DNA from: Trueperaceae bacterium
GTDB taxonomy: Bacteria > Deinococcota > Deinococci > Deinococcales > Trueperaceae
Reading direction: 5' to 3'
Assembly: GCA_965214405.1 (NCBI GenBank)
Contig: OZ243956.1
Span: 672,001 to 736,000, forward strand
DNA length: 64,000 bases
Under the pieces are notes generated by a model, which did no database searches, was not told the DNA's origin, and was given only the letters and a program-made list of their open reading frames with translations. Each line of letters opens with the position of its first letter. The first letter of the stretch is position 1. Position numbers and translations under genes: made by a program. This document shows positions 10,523 through 21,284 of this stretch, one piece after another.

Positions 10523-10939
10523 ATGAAGCTGCGGGTGCGCTTTGCCGAAACGGACGGGATGGGGGTTGCGCATCACAGCGCGCATGTGGTCTGGCTCGAG
10601 GCCGCCCGCGTCGAGTGGCTGCGTGAGCGCGGGATTCTTTACAGCGACATCGAGGCGTCGGGGACCAACCTGGCGGTGAGCAATTTAACGATAGACTACC
10701 GGGGCAGCGCCCGTTTTGACGATGAGATTCATATTCAGACGGAGCTGCTCGAGGCCAAGAGCCGCCGCTTCCGCTACCGCTACGTCCTTACCCGCACTCA
10801 TGACGAGGCGCTGCTCGCTAGGGCCGAGACGGTCCACGTGCCGACCGACCGCACGGGCCGGGCGGTGCGGCTGGCGGAGAGGTGGTTGGGGACGCTCAAG
10901 ACGCACCTTCAGCCCGGTGAGAACGCGGGCAAGCTATAA
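10523..10939 (+). CDS. Acyl-CoA thioesterase (4HBT/YbgC family)
   Basis: RVRFAETDGMGVAHH..WLEAAR motif. Confidence 0.88.
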   Translation: MKLRVRFAETDGMGVAHHSAHVVWLEAARVEWLRERGILYSDIEASGTNLAVSNLTIDYRGSARFDDEIHIQTELLEAKSRRFRYRYVLTRTHDEALLARAETVHVPTDRTGRAVRLAERWLGTLKTHLQPGENAGKL

Positions 10940-10966
10940 TCAGTTAGCGTCACCTGGGAGGCGTCC

Positions 10967-12669
<1,703 letters not shown>

Positions 12670-12688
12670 AAACCCGGTAGCATACGTT

Positions 12689-12958
12689 ATGGACGACACA
12701 CACGACTGGGTTGATTGGGGCGGGCTCGAGCAGCGCATCCCCCTAGACGACCTCCCCCGCTTCCACCGCGCTTTTTTGACGCTTCTACGGCCCGAAGAGG
12801 ACTGGGAAGAGGCGACGTTACGCAAGGTGCAGGGCAAGGTGCAGGCGAGCTTAAAACAACTTGAGCGCGACGGCTTAGCCAAAACGGAGGAAGACAGGTT
12901 CTACGTGGCTAAAACGATGATTCCCGAGGATTTTCAGCCCTACGCCGATGAGGCCTGA
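12689..12958 (+). CDS. Hypothetical protein
   Basis: In an operon with guaB and the NUDIX gene; host-like codon usage. Confidence 0.7.
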   Translation: MDDTHDWVDWGGLEQRIPLDDLPRFHRAFLTLLRPEEDWEEATLRKVQGKVQASLKQLERDGLAKTEEDRFYVAKTMIPEDFQPYADEA

Positions 12959-13397
12959 GACCCCCCGGTTTATCGTCAACGTCGAGGGCGCAATTTTCCG
13001 AGAAGGCCGCTATTTGATGATTGTGCGCGGCGCGGAAGAGAGCCACGCGCCGGGGACGCTGTCACTGCCCGGCGGTAAGGTCGAGTACGACGAAATCGGG
13101 GAGGAGGTGCTCGAGCGGGTCCTAAAGCGTGAAATCCTCGAGGAGGTGGGGCTAAAGGTTGACGTGCTCGCGTACGTAGAGAGCAAAGCCTTTGTCGCCG
13201 ACGACGGCGAGCCCGTGGTGGACGTGGTGTTTCTTTGCGCTTACCTCCAGGGCGAACCCGCCGTCACCCTTCCTGACGAAGTCGCCGACGTACGCTGGAT
13301 GACGCCGCAAGAAGTCCTGGCGCATCCCGAAACGCCGCCGTGGACGCGGCAGAGCGTCGAGAAAGCGGAGCGCGTGCGGCTTGAACATGCCTCATAA
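12948..13397 (+). CDS. NUDIX hydrolase
   Basis: PGGKVE...REILEEVG Nudix box. Confidence 0.88.
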   Translation: MRPETPRFIVNVEGAIFREGRYLMIVRGAEESHAPGTLSLPGGKVEYDEIGEEVLERVLKREILEEVGLKVDVLAYVESKAFVADDGEPVVDVVFLCAYLQGEPAVTLPDEVADVRWMTPQEVLAHPETPPWTRQSVEKAERVRLEHAS

Positions 13398-14481
13398 CTG
13401 GCGGCGCGTGGTCGTCAAGGTGGGCACGAGTTCGCTCACCGACCTCTCGGGGCGTATTCACCCGCCCTTGATGTGGGCCATCGCTCGAGGCGTCGGAGTG
13501 CTGCGGGAGACTCTAGGCTGCAAGGTGGCGCTCGTCTCGTCGGGCGCGGGCGCGGCGGGGCGCGAGCGGCTGGGGCTGTCGCTGCCCTTAACATTACCCG
13601 ACAAGCAGGCCGCGGCGGCGGTGGGGCAGGCGCTGCTGATGCTCGACTGGGCTCGAGCCTTTGCGCCTTCTCCCGTCGCGCAACTCCTGCTCACGGCGTC
13701 GGATATTGGCGAGCGCGAGCGGTATGTGAACGCCAAGAGCGCGCTCGAGGCCGTCCTCAAGCTCAACGCGGTGCCCATCATCAACGAAAACGACAGCGTG
13801 GCGACCAGTGAAATCAAGTTCGGCGACAACGACACGCTGTCTGCCTGGACGGGCTACCTCATGGACGCCGACGCGCTGGTGATTCTCACCGACATCGACG
13901 GGCTCTACACCGCTGACCCGCGCGCACATCCCGAGGCGACGCGCATTGGAGAGGTTGCGCGCGTGGCCGAGGTGCGGCACTTGGGCGGAAAGGCCGGGAC
14001 GGGCCGCGGCACGGGCGGCATGGTCACGAAGCTTCAGGCGGCGGAAATCGCCACGGACGCAGGGATTGAGACGCTCATCATTGGTGGTGGGGGGGCAGGG
14101 CTCGAGGCGCTCGCCCGCGGCGAGGTGCGCGGCACCCGCTTCTTGGCCGCCGCGCACCCGCCCGCGCGCAAAGCGTGGCTCGCCAGGCAACCCACCAAAG
14201 GCGTAGTCGAGGTGGACGCGGGCGCGCTTCGGGCGCTCCAGGCGGGGCGCAGCCTCCTACCGAGCGGCGTGTTGTCCGCCTCGGGCACCTTCGCGTTTGG
14301 CGATGCGGTGGCGGTGGTGCAGGGCGGGGCGCGGGTGGCGCAGGGGCTGACGAACTACGGCAGCGAGGCGCTATCAAGAATTAGAGGACGGCACACGCGG
14401 GACATCGCGGCGGTGCTTGGGTACAAGGATTATGATGAGGTGATTCATAGGGATAATTTGGTGTTGGTGGATGGGGGGTAG
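13387..14481 (+). CDS. proB: Glutamate 5-kinase
   Basis: VVKVGTSSL, INENDSV..EIKFGDND, GTGGMVTK and a PUA domain. Confidence 0.96.
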   Translation: MPHNWRRVVVKVGTSSLTDLSGRIHPPLMWAIARGVGVLRETLGCKVALVSSGAGAAGRERLGLSLPLTLPDKQAAAAVGQALLMLDWARAFAPSPVAQLLLTASDIGERERYVNAKSALEAVLKLNAVPIINENDSVATSEIKFGDNDTLSAWTGYLMDADALVILTDIDGLYTADPRAHPEATRIGEVARVAEVRHLGGKAGTGRGTGGMVTKLQAAEIATDAGIETLIIGGGGAGLEALARGEVRGTRFLAAAHPPARKAWLARQPTKGVVEVDAGALRALQAGRSLLPSGVLSASGTFAFGDAVAVVQGGARVAQGLTNYGSEALSRIRGRHTRDIAAVLGYKDYDEVIHRDNLVLVDGG

Positions 14482-14573
14482 GGACTCGAGCTTTAGACCT
14501 GGGCACAGATTTTGCTTGAACTGCGAAGAAAATAATAGCCAATGGACTGTTAAATACCTAAAATTTGAGCAGT

Positions 14574-14900
14574 ATGTTACGAATAGATGATTACATCTTC
14601 TTTCCCGGTGGTGGCTCAATCGTCGCCATTACCTACGTTCTCATGTCCGTTGCTGTTGCTTTGTTGAGCTGGCTCTTTTACCGTTTTCGTGTTGGGGGCG
14701 CGCGTTTAGCGAAAAAGCAGTTTCACATGGATTGTCCGAACACCCAAATTCTTAGCAGCAAGATGTTTAGTCTTGGCAGCTACCACTACGTTGAGTTTTA
14801 TCCTAGAACAGGCGAACCTATGGTTTATCAAATTGCGCGTAAAGAAGAAACGGCTTGGAGAGTAGCCGACCCACGCAAATCATCTAATGAGTCGTATTAA
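14574..14900 (+). CDS. AT-rich orphan membrane protein
   Basis: Intact ORF with one hydrophobic segment; composition differs from neighbours. Confidence 0.55.
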   Translation: MLRIDDYIFFPGGGSIVAITYVLMSVAVALLSWLFYRFRVGGARLAKKQFHMDCPNTQILSSKMFSLGSYHYVEFYPRTGEPMVYQIARKEETAWRVADPRKSSNESY

Positions 14901-14917
14901 AGGCATTATAAAGACGC

Positions 14918-14958
14918 CGACCTTCTCAGCCGCGTCACCCTCGAGCCCCAAATCTACC
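14918..14958 (+). repeat. DUF433 5'-end remnant, copy A
   Basis: About 35/41 nt match to 17361-17401; reads DLLSRVTLEPQIY versus [13 protein letters not shown]. Confidence 0.8.
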
Positions 14959-15041
14959 GACGATTCTCAACAACTATAAGACGCCGGTACTAGCGGGCAA
15001 GTTTCTTACTGTTTGGCGTCTGGCAGCGCTATACTCTAGCC

Positions 15042-15350
15042 ATGACACCGGGCGACAGATTCTCCACGACTCAGCAACGCGCCCTCCGGGCGTTCTGTAA
15101 AAAACACGGCGTGAAGCGTCTGGCTCTTTTTGGCTCGGTCATTACGGACCGTTTCAATGCTCACAGTGATGTTGATGTGCTGCTCGAGTTTTTACCGAAC
15201 CGGACACCAGGCTACGCGTTCTTTTCTTTGGCTGACGAGTTGGAGCGCATCTTAGAGCGGCCTGTGGACGTCACCACACCGGGGGGACTCCACCCTACGC
15301 TGCAACCGCACGTTTTAGAAAACGCTCAGACACTTTATGAAGCTGCCTGA
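15042..15350 (+). CDS. Minimal nucleotidyltransferase (MNT) antitoxin
   Basis: LALFGS...SDVDVLLEF and RPVDV motifs. Confidence 0.9.
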   Translation: MTPGDRFSTTQQRALRAFCKKHGVKRLALFGSVITDRFNAHSDVDVLLEFLPNRTPGYAFFSLADELERILERPVDVTTPGGLHPTLQPHVLENAQTLYEAA

Positions 15351-15684
15351 GCGCGACGAGCTTTACCTGCGAGACATGCTCATCTATGCCCGTGAGGCTG
15401 TCGCATTTGCACAGGAAACGACGCTCGAGTCGCTAAAAAATAAAAATGATAGTAAAACGCTGCTTGCGGTGGAGCGGTCGGTCGAGATTGTTGGCGAGGC
15501 GGCTAAGAACGTTTCGCCCGCCACAAAGGAACTGCTGCCCCAACTCCCCTGGCGGGACATGGCACGCACGCGAGACGTGTTTGCGCACCACTACTTCAAG
15601 ATTGATGTGGAGATACTTTGGCGGATTGTTCAGGAGAATTTGCCTGTGGTGATTGAGGCGTTGGAGGCCATTTTAGGCGACTGA
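15337..15684 (+). CDS. HEPN (DUF86/HepT) toxin
   Basis: EIVGEAAK, PW..M and the R-x4-H-x-Y motif (RDVFAHHY). Confidence 0.9.
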   Translation: MKLPERDELYLRDMLIYAREAVAFAQETTLESLKNKNDSKTLLAVERSVEIVGEAAKNVSPATKELLPQLPWRDMARTRDVFAHHYFKIDVEILWRIVQENLPVVIEALEAILGD

Positions 15685-15708
15685 GATTTAGGGGGCAAAG
15701 GGTGAAAA

Positions 15709-15744
15709 ATCCTCAGCCGCATCACCCTCGAGCTAAAATTTACC
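15709..15744 (+). repeat. DUF433 5'-end remnant, copy B
   Basis: ATCCTCAGCCGCATCACCCTCGAGC is identical over 25 nt to 17365-17389. Confidence 0.85.
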
Positions 15745-15789
15745 AATAATCCTCACCATCAGCTAAAAGTTGCGCCATGCACCCTCCCG

Positions 15790-15818
15790 TTGACTGACCT
15801 TCGGGAGGAGCGTATCTT
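15790..15818 (+). promoter_or_regulatory. Sigma70 promoter, leaderless
   Basis: TTGACT-17 nt-TATCTT, 5 nt before ATG 15824. Confidence 0.65.
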
Positions 15819-15823
15819 ACAGT

Positions 15824-16168
15824 ATGACGATAGAACTCACCCGTGAGCAGGAAGTGCTCATCCAAAAACTCCTCGCCACTGGGCGCTTTTCTAACAAAGA
15901 CGACGTGATTGGTGAAGCCCTGAGACTGCTCGAGCGGCAGGGCGAGATGCAGGGCTTTCGTGACGCGCTGCGCGACAGCCAAGAGCGAAACCGTGACCTG
16001 AATGCAGAAGAGGCGGCGAACCTCGCCGATGAGGCGGTAAGGTGGGCGCGAGCGCGTACGCCAGGCGGCGCGGAAGGGCTCAGAGTACCCGGCACTTTTT
16101 TGAGCCGCTCCCTGACGACATCCTCAAACCCTTTGAGTAATGCGGCTGCTCCTCGCACACCTTCTTGA
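15824..16168 (+). CDS. ParD-like RHH antitoxin with no adjacent toxin; C-terminal tail probably run-on
   Basis: IQKLLATGRFSNKDDVIGEALRLLE matches the G.Y.S.SEV.REALRLL pattern. Confidence 0.72.
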   Translation: MTIELTREQEVLIQKLLATGRFSNKDDVIGEALRLLERQGEMQGFRDALRDSQERNRDLNAEEAANLADEAVRWARARTPGGAEGLRVPGTFLSRSLTTSSNPLSNAAAPRTPS

Positions 16169-16238
16169 GGTGAACGGTAAACAACCCGCTTCAGCGCACA
16201 CGTCGGATTGGTTCACATGGTCGTGCTAAAATAGCCAC

Positions 16239-16673
16239 ATGGACGCATTCATCCCCCCGCTCGAGCCCTCGAAGGGTGTCCTTCACGACCTTGGCCTCAC
16301 GGAGCGCCCGCGCGACCTCATCAAAGCTGTTAAGGGCGGCCTGCCCATTCAGGTTTTTCGCGCCTTGGCCGAGGCGCTCGAGCTGAGCGACGCGGCGCTG
16401 GCAAAATTAGCAGGTATTAGTGGCACGACCTTAACCCGCCGCAAACGCGCCGGGCAGTTGACGTTTGAAGAGGGCGAGCACGTCCTCCGGATTGCCACCC
16501 TGCTCGAGCGCGCAACGCAGGTGTTTGAAAACGTGAGCGACGGGGCTCTTTGGCTCAAAACGCCTAATCTGAGTTTGGGCGACGTTACGCCGCTCGACTA
16601 CGCCGACACGGAAATTGGCGCCAGAGAAGTCGAGAGCCTGCTCGGGCGGATTGACTACGGCGTTTACAGTTGA
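16239..16673 (+). CDS. Xre/MbcA/ParS antitoxin
   Basis: TLTRRK, WLKTPNLSLG..PL and TEIGAREVE.LLGRIDYG motifs. Confidence 0.92.
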   Translation: MDAFIPPLEPSKGVLHDLGLTERPRDLIKAVKGGLPIQVFRALAEALELSDAALAKLAGISGTTLTRRKRAGQLTFEEGEHVLRIATLLERATQVFENVSDGALWLKTPNLSLGDVTPLDYADTEIGAREVESLLGRIDYGVYS

Positions 16674-16700
16674 ATCTATCCTACCTCTGACTCTGTTTGT

Positions 16701-17183
16701 ATGGCTAACGTCCTCACGGCTTGGCGGCTCGTTAGGCCCAAGTACGGCGCTCAGGCTGACGCTTTTGGGGGTGAGGGCGCGCGTCTTTTCGGCGGACGCT
16801 GGAACTCGCCGGGGCTGCGGGCTGTTTACGTCTCCTCGAGCCTATCCCTCGCCGCGCTGGAAACGCTTGTCCATGCGGACAGGCGACGCTTCGAGCGGGA
16901 TTACGTCTCTTTCAAGCTCGCCGTCCCTGAGGCGCTTGTGCTCGAGCTGCGCGCCGAAAATCTCCCCGAGGATTGGCGGGCGCGGGCAGTGAGCAGAGGC
17001 GCGCGGCGCGTCGGTGATGCCTGGCTGACGGCTCACGCCAGCGTTGCCTTGGCCGTTCCCAGTGTGATTGTGCCCAAGGAACGAAACTATCTGCTTAATC
17101 CGGCTCATCCACAGTTTTCCGAGTTGAACATCGAGGAGCCGCAACCCTTCCGCTTCGACGCGCGGCTCGCTGATGGGGATTGA
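16701..17183 (+). CDS. RES-domain toxin (NAD+ phosphorylase family)
   Basis: GGRWN, LAALETLVH and VPSVIVP.ERNYLLNP.HP motifs. Confidence 0.93.
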   Translation: MANVLTAWRLVRPKYGAQADAFGGEGARLFGGRWNSPGLRAVYVSSSLSLAALETLVHADRRRFERDYVSFKLAVPEALVLELRAENLPEDWRARAVSRGARRVGDAWLTAHASVALAVPSVIVPKERNYLLNPAHPQFSELNIEEPQPFRFDARLADGD

Positions 17184-17340
17184 CATACCCCTCTCCTCTT
17201 GACCTGTTTTTCAAAGGCCGCCAGACGAACATGGTTTATAAAGTCGACGTGGTTTTCGGTTCTACACAGCCAAGTTGGGGGGCTCTAGGAAAACCTACTT
17301 GAACCCACGCCCAAGCTTTTCACAGCTCTCCTACGCTAGA

Positions 17341-17587
17341 ATGCACCCTACGAGCGAGGTCGATATCCTCAGCCGCATCACCCTCGAGCCCGAAATCTGC
17401 CACGGCAAGCCCTGCATCAGAGGGCTCAGGTATCCGGTGGAGACGATTCGTAAGCTCCTCACCAGCGGGATGACCTTATGATGAAATCTTGGATAATTAT
17501 GAAGATTTAGAGCGCGAAGATTTACAAGCAGCTATGGCCTATGCGACCAGGCTCAGCCGGACTAAACGCGTTGTTCCTGCTTCTTGA
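17341..17587 (+). pseudogene. DUF433 antitoxin with a frameshift near 17476
   Basis: [23 protein letters not shown]...SGMT, then continues in the +1 frame as [23 protein letters not shown]. Confidence 0.85.
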
Positions 17588-17660
17588 TTCGCTTTTCGGT
17601 TGACGCTCACCTGCCCAGGCGTCTGGCGAGAGTGCTTCACGCTGCGGGTTGTAACAAGAG
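17584..17660 (+). pseudogene. DUF5615 PIN-like toxin, truncated N-terminus only
   Basis: IRFSVDAHLPRRLARVLHAAG, then runs into the convergent gene. Confidence 0.7.
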
Positions 17661-18161
17661 CCACGCCCTCATCTCTTTGGGCGTGTGGAGGCGGACGAGC
17701 GTCAGATGATCGTAGCGTGGGTCCGCCAGGAGCGTTTCATACTTCCTACGCTTCGCCCAGTGCGTGCGGAGCGCCCACAGGAAGATCGAGTCGCGGCTGG
17801 CGAACTGCGCCCAAAACCTTTCTCTGTTGCCGTTCCAGAGCGTTTCTTGCCGCAACACCCGCCCCAAGGTGCGGCGTGTAAGCTGCCGCATCACCACGGG
17901 AAAAGGATAGTCGAGCCACACCAGCGTGTCGGCCCGGTCCCAAACGATATCCCGCACGGCGCTGTAGTTGCCGTCGACCACCCAGCGAGGCGCTTCGAGC
18001 GCCCCGGCGACCCGCTCACGAAAAAGAGGCGAGGGCGTCCAAGCCGCGTCCCAGTGCAGCGCGTCGAGTTCGGTGTGAGGAACCCCCAAACGTTGCGCGA
18101 GACGTGCGGCCAGGGTTGTTTTCCCTGAACCCGTCGTCCCGACGACCACGACGCGCTGCAT
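17637..18161 (-). CDS. Adenylate kinase-like P-loop protein
   Basis: GTTGSGKTT, ELDALHW, WVVDGNY and ADTLVWLD motifs. Confidence 0.85.
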   Translation of the reverse strand: MQRVVVVGTTGSGKTTLAARLAQRLGVPHTELDALHWDAAWTPSPLFRERVAGALEAPRWVVDGNYSAVRDIVWDRADTLVWLDYPFPVVMRQLTRRTLGRVLRQETLWNGNRERFWAQFASRDSIFLWALRTHWAKRRKYETLLADPRYDHLTLVRLHTPKEMRAWLLLQPAA

Positions 18162-18162
18162 T

Positions 18163-19059
18163 TTACTGTGGGTGAGGACTGTAGAGGCCGGGCTCGAGTC
18201 CCACCAGGGCCACCTCTTCATCCGGGGTTTTCCACGCGTAGGCCATGTGCGGGGCGTTATGAACCGCGCAGACCTCACCCGTTGCGCTTAGAGCGATAAG
18301 GCCGCCCGCGCCGCCAAAGCCGCGCACCTCGCTTAGAACCACTTGCGCCGCGCTCTGGAGCCCTTCGCCTCTTTTCAAGCGCGCGGCGAGCGCTTTGGCC
18401 GCGACCGCGCGCACGAACGCTTCGCCCTGACCCGTGCAGGACACCGCGACGGAGGCATCGGCGTAGGTGCCCGCGCCGATAAGGGGCGAGTCGCCCACGC
18501 GTCCCGGCCACTTGCCCAGCACGCCACCCGTGGAGGTGGCGGCGGCCAAACCGCCCGCACCGTCCAGCGCCACCGCGCCCACGGTTGCGGAGCCGACGGG
18601 GCCGCTTCTGCGCTCGAGCCACCCCTCAAACGCACGCTTCGTACGCGCCGTCAGCAGGTCTTTATTGTCGATAGGTTCCGTAACGAGCGCGTCCGCCCCC
18701 ACGCCCACAAACATCACGTGGGGCGTTTCGCGCCTCACAAAGTCGGCAACAAGAACGGGATTCTTGGCCCTGGTAAGCCCCGCGACCGCGCCGCAACTCC
18801 CGTCCGCGCCCACCATCACCGCCGCGTCACACTCGACGACGCCGTCACGGTTAGGCGAACCGCCCGTGCCCGCATTAAACGCTTCACTGTTATTTTCCAT
18901 CGTCACAACCGCTGCCAGCACGGCTTTTAGCGCCGCCCCGCCCTCCGCCAGCACAGCGAAGCCCGCGTCCCGACCCGCGACGAGTCCTGCTCTATACGCC
19001 TCCCGGTCCTCTTCACGAATGGTCCCGGAGCCGCCGTGAATGAGTAGAGTGAGCGCCAT
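18163..19059 (-). CDS. Isoaspartyl peptidase / L-asparaginase (Ntn hydrolase)
   Basis: IHGG, TVGAVA, ATSTGG and GRVGDSP motifs. Confidence 0.92.
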   Translation of the reverse strand: MALTLLIHGGSGTIREEDREAYRAGLVAGRDAGFAVLAEGGAALKAVLAAVVTMENNSEAFNAGTGGSPNRDGVVECDAAVMVGADGSCGAVAGLTRAKNPVLVADFVRRETPHVMFVGVGADALVTEPIDNKDLLTARTKRAFEGWLERRSGPVGSATVGAVALDGAGGLAAATSTGGVLGKWPGRVGDSPLIGAGTYADASVAVSCTGQGEAFVRAVAAKALAARLKRGEGLQSAAQVVLSEVRGFGGAGGLIALSATGEVCAVHNAPHMAYAWKTPDEEVALVGLEPGLYSPHPQ

Positions 19060-19142
19060 AACCCTATCTAAACACAGAACCGGGGGTGCGGTGACGTAAG
19101 CTCATTGTGCGGATGGCGGCCTCACATCTGCGGCACGTGAAT

Positions 19143-19811
19143 CTATCTAGACGTGACAGGCACCAGCGCCGCTTGAAATACGTAGTCGCCGCCGGACGCT
19201 TGCGCTCGAGCGGGCAGATACCGAAGGTAGAGGTCGCGCAGCTCCAACTGAAGCGCCTTGGCCTCCTCTTCGGAAAGGCGCAGCTCTACGCTAAAGTCGA
19301 ACGCTGGCGGATAAGCAGGATTATCAAAGTTGAGCTTTACAGAAGACACCTCCCCCGACTCCCAATTGACCTCGCCGTAGGGGTCGCGGTAGAAGCGCCT
19401 GCCGTCGTGACCAATATTTTGGAGCAACGCAGCCCACTGCCGGGCGAGAAAGGTGGCTTGTTCCTTCATTTGCTCAAGCAGCGCGTCTTCCAAATTCGCA
19501 TAAGGCGTGACGCTGTGGGGGATGAAGTACGCATCGAACGTTGAGCGATAGTGCTTGACGGGCCGTCCCGCCCGCGGTTCCTCACGCGCCACCCGCAAGA
19601 GCCCAGCCTCTAAGAAAACCCTTACCCGGTAGAGCATGGCGTGGAGCGTGCAGCCTATTTCCTTGGCGGCGGCGGACACGGTGTTGTCACGGGCGAGAAA
19701 CGGCTCGAAAAAGGGCCGCGTTTTGGGGTCGGTCAAGAGGCGCGCTTGGGTGGGGTCCTGAACGGTGCGAAAGAGCTCGAGGGGCGGTCTACGCGAAAAG
19801 TAATCTTCCAT
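19143..19811 (-). CDS. Winged HTH transcriptional regulator
   Basis: HTH followed by RAGRPVKHY; divergent from the MFS gene. Confidence 0.75.
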   Translation of the reverse strand: MEDYFSRRPPLELFRTVQDPTQARLLTDPKTRPFFEPFLARDNTVSAAAKEIGCTLHAMLYRVRVFLEAGLLRVAREEPRAGRPVKHYRSTFDAYFIPHSVTPYANLEDALLEQMKEQATFLARQWAALLQNIGHDGRRFYRDPYGEVNWESGEVSSVKLNFDNPAYPPAFDFSVELRLSEEEAKALQLELRDLYLRYLPARAQASGGDYVFQAALVPVTSR

Positions 19812-19841
19812 TTTACGTAGATTAGCACGCACCCTGGGTTT

Positions 19842-21128
19842 ATGAATTCACTCGGTCTTCAACGTGTCAAACGTTCCTACTATATCGTCACCTTTCTCTT
19901 CTGGTTCGCTACCATTTTGCCCGGCGCGGTGTCGGTGCTGCTCGCTCAGGCCAGAGGGCTGGACCTCTTTCAGATCGGCATTTTTACGGGCATTTACTCG
20001 CTTACTATCGTCTTGTTAGAAATTCCCACCGGAGGACTCGCCGACGCGGTCGGGCGCAAGCGGGTCACGGTTCTGGCGCTTCTTTTTATCATCGCCTCGC
20101 TGGTGGTGTTCTTGTTCGCTTTTTCGTTCACCTTCTTTTTACTCTACGCCCTGCTCGCGGGCGCGGGGCGTGCGCTCATGTCAGGCGCTTTGGAAGCGTG
20201 GTTTATCGACAGTCCTCATGAAGCGGAGCCTGACGCCGACATCCAGCCGCCGCTCGCCGTGGCGGGCACGGTTGAACTCGTCGCGCTGGGGCTGGGTACG
20301 CTCCTCGGGAGTTTTTTGCCGACGCGCTTTGGCGGCTTACCGGCGGAGGGTACGGCGGTACTGACACCTTTTTCGGTGACGTTTCTTTGTTCAATTTTCA
20401 TGATGACGCTGACGCTTCTAGCGGTTCTTTTGCTGGTGCGGGAGGAGCGGGTAGAGCGGGAGGCCGGAAACGTGCGCGGGGTGGGGGCGCTGCCGCAGAT
20501 TGTCGGGGAGGCCTTCTGGTTGAGCCGCCGCAACCCCACCATCCTGCTGCTTTTGGGGGCGACGCTGGCGAGCGGCCTGGCGCTTGGCAGCCTCGAGACC
20601 TTTTGGCAGCCGCGCTTCGCCACGCTGCTGGGCGGCAGCGAGGGGAACAGCGTGGTGTTCGGCGTGCTCCTCGCGGGAAGTTTCGGCCTCGGCGCGCTCG
20701 GCAACCTCCTGGCGACGCCGCTGAGTCGGCTGTTCGGCAAACGCTACGCGCGCGTTGCGGCCCTTTCTCAGGGGCTGGGCGGCCTCGCGCTGGTCTTGCT
20801 CGCGCTGCAAACCTCCGCTACGGCGGCGGCAGGATTTTTCTGGCTCGTCTACGCCAGCCGCGGCGTTCTCAACTCGCCCCACGCGGCGCTCTTTAACCGG
20901 GAGGTGCCCAAGGCGCGGCGCTCGGCGATGCTGTCGGTGCAGTCTTTGGCAACCTACGCAGGGCTATTTTTGGGAAGCACGGTTCTTGGCTACGTCTCAG
21001 AGAGGGCGTCGGTCAGCCTCGCCTGGATGCTGGCGGGGGCGGCTTTGGGCGCGTCTTTACTTTTTTATCTCGGGGTGGGGCGTGTGGAGGCGAGGGCGGG
21101 AGAGCTCGAGGAAGACTCGCAGCCCTGA
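19842..21128 (+). CDS. MFS transporter
   Basis: EIPTGGLADAVGRK motif A; about 12 hydrophobic segments. Confidence 0.9.
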   Translation: MNSLGLQRVKRSYYIVTFLFWFATILPGAVSVLLAQARGLDLFQIGIFTGIYSLTIVLLEIPTGGLADAVGRKRVTVLALLFIIASLVVFLFAFSFTFFLLYALLAGAGRALMSGALEAWFIDSPHEAEPDADIQPPLAVAGTVELVALGLGTLLGSFLPTRFGGLPAEGTAVLTPFSVTFLCSIFMMTLTLLAVLLLVREERVEREAGNVRGVGALPQIVGEAFWLSRRNPTILLLLGATLASGLALGSLETFWQPRFATLLGGSEGNSVVFGVLLAGSFGLGALGNLLATPLSRLFGKRYARVAALSQGLGGLALVLLALQTSATAAAGFFWLVYASRGVLNSPHAALFNREVPKARRSAMLSVQSLATYAGLFLGSTVLGYVSERASVSLAWMLAGAALGASLLFYLGVGRVEARAGELEEDSQP

Positions 21129-21168
21129 AACACTTTTGAACCCATATTGTGACCTTAGGCTGTGCGTC

Positions 21169-21249
21169 TAGAGGGTGTTTGGTCATTCATCTCCCCCCTT
21201 GTTAAGGGGGGCTTTTATGAACAGTTGGGTATTTGAAAAATACCCTCTA
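21169..21249. mobile_element. MITE-like element, short copy
   Basis: Terminal inverted repeats TAGAGGGTGTTT...AAATACCCTCTA; internal C6-TTGTTAA-G6 hairpin. Confidence 0.72.
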
Positions 21250-21284
21250 TACTCCGACCTCACTCCACCTCCCTCACCACAGCC

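Noticed and set aside
14918..17401. CRISPR array or classical integron
   Set aside because: Only three repeats, with 0.8-1.6 kb gene-containing intervals; no cas or intI gene and no recognisable attC structure; the repeat is coding sequence of DUF433.
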